A stretch of DNA of 24,443 nt from Ginkgo biloba (Eukaryota > Plantae > Ginkgophyta), in contig JANKJI020000002.1 in NCBI GenBank assembly GCA_024626585.2, forward strand, positions 138,437,528 to 138,461,970, given 5' to 3'. Below, piece by piece: positions 20,001 through 24,443 of this stretch. A program made the position numbers and the translations under genes. The stretch's first letter is position 1, and every line of letters starts with the position of its first letter. The notes under the pieces are model-generated. The model worked only from the letters and a program-made list of their open reading frames with translations, ran no database searches and was not told where the DNA came from.

Positions 20001-22825
20001 TCTTGCAATACATTATTCCTCACTTACATTGAATGGAAATAATAAGTTCTATTTTAATATAGTACAAATATAATAAGCCCCATTTTTCTAATCATAATCA
20101 ATTTTGATTAGCTGCTTATTTTCTCATGTTGCGTTAGTTTCCTTATTTTTATATTTGGCCTATCCATTTCATTATGTATTAAACCCTTTTCTCATTTTGA
20201 GCAAAAAATTATACATTTATCTAGATCATTGTCCAATCCTATTGGTGATCAATGACCCTATAATCCTATAGGACTCCCATTAGGATTTCTAGATTTCTTA
20301 TAGGACTTCCTCCTTTAATCATTATGGGATACATNNNNNNNNNNNNNNNNNNNNNNNNNNNNNNNNNNNNNNNNNNNNNNNTAGGATTGATATTATTACC
20401 CCAAGGAAGAAGATCCAACTTCTTTTAGACAAGAAAATCCTTTTGTATCAATATTTTTCCCTCATATTCCTTTGACCACATCTATAACTCAAAGGTTTCA
20501 TATTTATATTTTATCCTAGTGGTGCCTTAGTTGCAACACCTTATAATAAATCCTTTCAAAATCCTTTGTTTGGGTCTTCTTCATCCTTTCTCAAGGCTAA
20601 ATCATTAACTACACCTCCAATAATTCTTCCTAATTATAGGGTAACATTTCATATCTGAGGGTCATGTAAGATATTGTAACCCCTTTAACTATATAATTTT
20701 ATACTATTGTATATATCACCATCTGACACCTCCAATTGTACCTAATGAACAATCCTATAAAACTCTTTCCATCCAAACCACTTAAGAGGAACGTCCAAGT
20801 TCACATGTAATCTCTTTTATTTCACCCTCTCATGTTCCCTCCCAAGGAACATTTCCACATTTTTCCATTAAAAATACTACTACAAACCCAACTAAAGTGT
20901 CCAATATATCTCCATAGTTTAACCTTATAATTTAAGGACCATATATTTATCCCACCAAGAACTTCTAGTCCCATATATTTGACAACAATTATGGAATAAT
21001 TGGCCCAAATTAAATTGAGAATGTCATTAGTTCACACATAACCACCATCTACCATGTTAATTATTCATAGTATATCCCTACCATCTACCATGAAACACAT
21101 TCCCATAGAACATGTGACTTTAGTACCCACTCTTCATTTTACCTATTTCATAACTATGCCTCTTCCATCCACATAATTTAATACTCTACCATTTTTATAT
21201 AACCCCCCACATAATCCATTATACCTCCTTTACCTTCAATTCTAATTATTGTCATCTAGCACCATACCAATATAATCCACCCTCTTCTAACCCCATTAGT
21301 GGAGGACCATATTTTGGGGAAGGGACCCAATCATCCATACCATTTGGAATATTCTATTCCAATCCTCTACCCAAAATTTTTGATAATATCTTCCATAATT
21401 ATCCCTTGTCTAATAAAATAAAGATATGATAGTGAGATTAAACCCTAGAATGGTAAAACAATCTCTAACAAGTTCCCCATGGTCATATCCCTTCAATAAG
21501 CTTGACCCCCCATAGAACCATATGCTATATCTCTAAGGCACATCACTTCCTCCCCTTTAAGGAAGAAATGGANNNNNNNNNNNNNNNNNNNNNNNNNNNN
21601 NNNNNNNNNNNNNNNNNNNNNNNNNNNNNNNNNNNNNNNNNNNNNNNNNNNNNNNNNNNNNNNNNNNNNNNNAAAGAATGAATATATAATTAAAATAAAA
21701 TAATTCATGAAAAGGACAATATAGAGAAGAAAAGTAGAAGAATATTATACCATGAATAAATAAAAATGATAAGTATCAAACTAGAAGTGTTAAAAGACAC
21801 TTAGAAATGGAATGTTTGCCAATGCCATGTAATCATAATATTTTGTTAAATAGTTTAAGAAATTATCAAATGATAAAATATGATGATCTCTAATAGAAAA
21901 AATAATAATGTTGTTAGAAAAAGGGAAAGGAACAAGGAGGAAGAATAAATAAGGCATTATTTCAAGCATGACATGAAACATTGATATCTTCTTGATGAAA
22001 AAATAATTATAAAGATATGGGTTGGATAGAAGGTTTGACCAGCTACAAAAATAAAATAAATTGCAAGAAAAGAAGTCTATGTCTTAAGAATAACAGTAAG
22101 TTATGATATGTTTTATAAAACGCACAAAATTATAAATTATTATTATTTTAACAAAGTTTAGTAATTAAAAAAATCATATGAAAATTATAAATTAATTTAA
22201 TATTTTACTTATGTAAGGAATGTGAAGTCAAAAATAAACAAGTATTATCAACCATTATAAAATTAAGAGTTTTGCTAAGAAAATAAACAAGATAAATTGA
22301 TTTTAGGTGTAATTATAAAAATATAGACATCATGAAGATCATAAGGAATGGTCATATGATATAAATATTGTACCAGTTCATACATGCAATTTATGGAAAT
22401 TGGGCTCATTAAGTGTGAAAGTAATGAAAAAAATGAAAAGGTGTCACAAGGTCATGTCATTTTGTCAAATTTTTAATGAGGTGCAATTTTGACAAAGGCA
22501 TACACAAGCTAAAAATATCCATGGTCGATATTAAATCACGTAACTTTTAGAAAGTGATTAAATGTAATTAAGATCATGGGACAATTATAAAACTTAAGTG
22601 CCAAAGTGTATAAATAATTTATAAAATAACCATTTGATTCCAAGGAGTTCATTATATAAATTAACATTGAAGAAGAGAGAATGGATTTTTCCTTTATGAG
22701 AGTAAAAAACTAGCGGGGGATGAAATCGCTCTGTTTTGGAGAGAGAAAAAAATCTTTGAGCGAGGGGTGTTTAATTTGCACGCTATCATAGTTATTATAT
22801 TTGATAAGCTTTTTAATCCTTGGAC

Positions 22826-23157
22826 ATGGCCATTACAAATCCATTTGGCTCTATGCAGGTTGGTGAACAAGATTCCATACCCTCTAATTCTTAATTTAGG
22901 TCACAACCATAGTAGGATAGCGCCCAAGAGAGCTTGTAAATTTATCCTAAAGGTCTATCATAAGGTGATTATAGTACTCTTCCCCTACATGTAGTTACTT
23001 TAGACCCTAATAAAGTTGATGATGTGACATATTATTTTGCCTCCACTGCCCTTATAGGGCATTTTATGAGCAAGCCTCTTCCTAAACTTATCTTGCGATA
23101 ATGGATCAAAGAAGCTTGGGAGGCTCATGGGTGGAAGGTCATTTATGTCTGTTATCT
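22826..23157 (+). mobile_element. L1 LINE ORF1 N-terminal remnant (DUF4283-like)
   Basis: Frame from ATG 22826, with stops: ...VVTLDPNKVDDVTYYFASTALIGHFMSKPLPKLILR*WIKEAWEAHGW. Matches the plant L1 ORF1 pattern ALIG.F....P....L..WI...W. Cut by the gap. Confidence 0.7.
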
Positions 23158-23429
23158 NNNNNNNNNNNNNNNNNNNNNNNNNNNNNNNNNNNNNNNNNNN
23201 NNNNNNNNNNNNNNNNNNNNNNNNNNNNNNNNNNNNNNNNNNNNNNNNNNNNNNNNNCTATATAATCATACCAAATTATTGACTCATTTATGAAAAAATA
23301 TTTTTAGTTTTTTTTGTGCCTCCCTTTCCACAAATTGTTCTAGGTTAGTAATTTGTCAAGTAGGTTTGGTAATAGTATTTTGTAAAGTAGGTGAGAAATT
23401 TAAGATCCTATATATAAAATTAAGAATTC

Positions 23430-24110
23430 CTATAGTAAACATACAAAAATATTACATCTATAACCTACTACTATAAATAAAGTAATAAATCTATAAGGAT
23501 TCCTTGGAATAATAGGATTTTATCAAAACATTATCCATCACCACTTACCAATTACAACCCTACTTACATACCTAACAAAAATGGAATATTTCAAGTGTAA
23601 TAACTTAAAAACATCAACACTAGTATTGGTAGCACTTAACTTCATGAAGTCATTTCCTTTAGAATATGATGCCTTTAACACAGGAATTAGGGCGATACTT
23701 ATAGAAGGACACCCTATTACATTTGAAAGTAGAAAAATTAAATGAGTGTGAATGGAGGCTTTTGACCTATAATAATGAAATTACCACAATAATGAATGCA
23801 CTCTAAAAATGGTGTGTAGTACCTCATTGAAAGCAAGTTTGAGGTTAAGAATGACAATATTAGCTTAAGGTACCTCCTTAAACAAGAATAAGTATGAAGA
23901 ATAGAAGATTTAGATTCATGTAATTCAATCATTTGACTTCAACATAGTATATATGAGGAGGAAGGAAATATCATTATGGATACACTTTCAAAAAAACATG
24001 AAGATACTTTATTGGAAACTATGTTAAAGATCAAGCCCAAATGGATAAATGAGGTACAAGAATGGTATGTAAAATACCCAATCACATGCAAACTAATAAC
24101 ATTTTGGTGT
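23430..24110 (+). mobile_element. Ty3/gypsy (chromovirus-like) RT thumb and RNase H remnant
   Basis: L*GFLGIIGFYQ (23491+); TLVLVALNFMKSFPLEYDAFNTGIRAILIEGHPITFESRK (PVLA.PDF.K.F.LECDAS..GIGAVL.Q.GHPIAFESRK); YNNE..IMNAL*KW; KFEVKNDNISLRYLL; IQSFDFNIVY...NIIMDTLSK (23979-23993). Confidence 0.93.
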
Positions 24111-24443
24111 GAAAATTTACCCTTAAGATAGGAAGTGCTTGTGCGGATAAATTAGTGAACCTAGGCATTAATTTTAAAGAGGGGGGGAGATTTTAAATTT
24201 CCATTATGGAGGCCATCATTAGGAATCCATCTGAAGTCCACGGGGAATTAAGGTGGGGTATTTCCAGGATGGTGGCATTAGGTAGCATCTTAGAGTCAGT
24301 GGCTAGAGTCTGGCTAATTCTTTCAACAAGCCCTTTCTCTCACTATGGGGAGAAGAAGTGGAGGTGTGGAAAAGTATTATGAGCCATGAGTAGAGGCATG
24401 AGTCAAGAAATAATGGATTTTATAGGAGTGAGGTAATCCCCAT

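Noticed and set aside
20400-22100. Pro-rich stretch (possible Ogre gag leader) and a possible zinc knuckle near 21810
   Set aside because: Probably retroelement-derived, but too decayed to assign with support.
24126-24175. KIGSACADKLVNLG, resembling the RNase H C-terminal REGN..AD.LAN.G motif
   Set aside because: Isolated short motif with no flanking support in the window.
1-24443. CRISPR arrays, rRNA/tRNA genes, prokaryotic operons or defence systems
   Set aside because: No repeat-spacer periodicity, RNA gene signatures or dense ORFs. The window is spliceosomal-intron plant DNA.

Overview
This is eukaryotic nuclear DNA from a gappy assembly (14 N-gaps). It is from a land plant; gymnosperm-like is my inference from the giant introns and retroelement types. 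The only intact host coding sequence is a cluster of five internal, phase-0 exons of the 26S proteasome regulatory subunit RPN1/PSMD2 on the + strand: join 5566-5673, 5781-5885, 5974-6114, 6264-6368, 6504-6725 (227 codons, all GT-AG). I could not find the preceding or following exon, so the cluster is apparently flanked by introns of at least 5.5 kb and at least 17.7 kb, unless exons are hidden in gaps. These introns are a mosaic of dead retroelements: two Ty1/copia gag-pol remnants, four Ty3/gypsy remnants, two L1-type LINE remnants (RT on -, ORF1 on +), several LTR and PPT pieces, and arrays of short palindromic motifs. Most are eroded by C>T/G>A transitions. The most unusual item is a ~400-bp Penelope-like retroelement (PLE) reverse-transcriptase remnant at 11426-11840, whose motifs look unlike the Poseidon/Dryad type known from conifers. 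No RNA genes, CRISPR arrays or prokaryotic systems are supported. All calls come from manual translation and motif recall; no searches were run.
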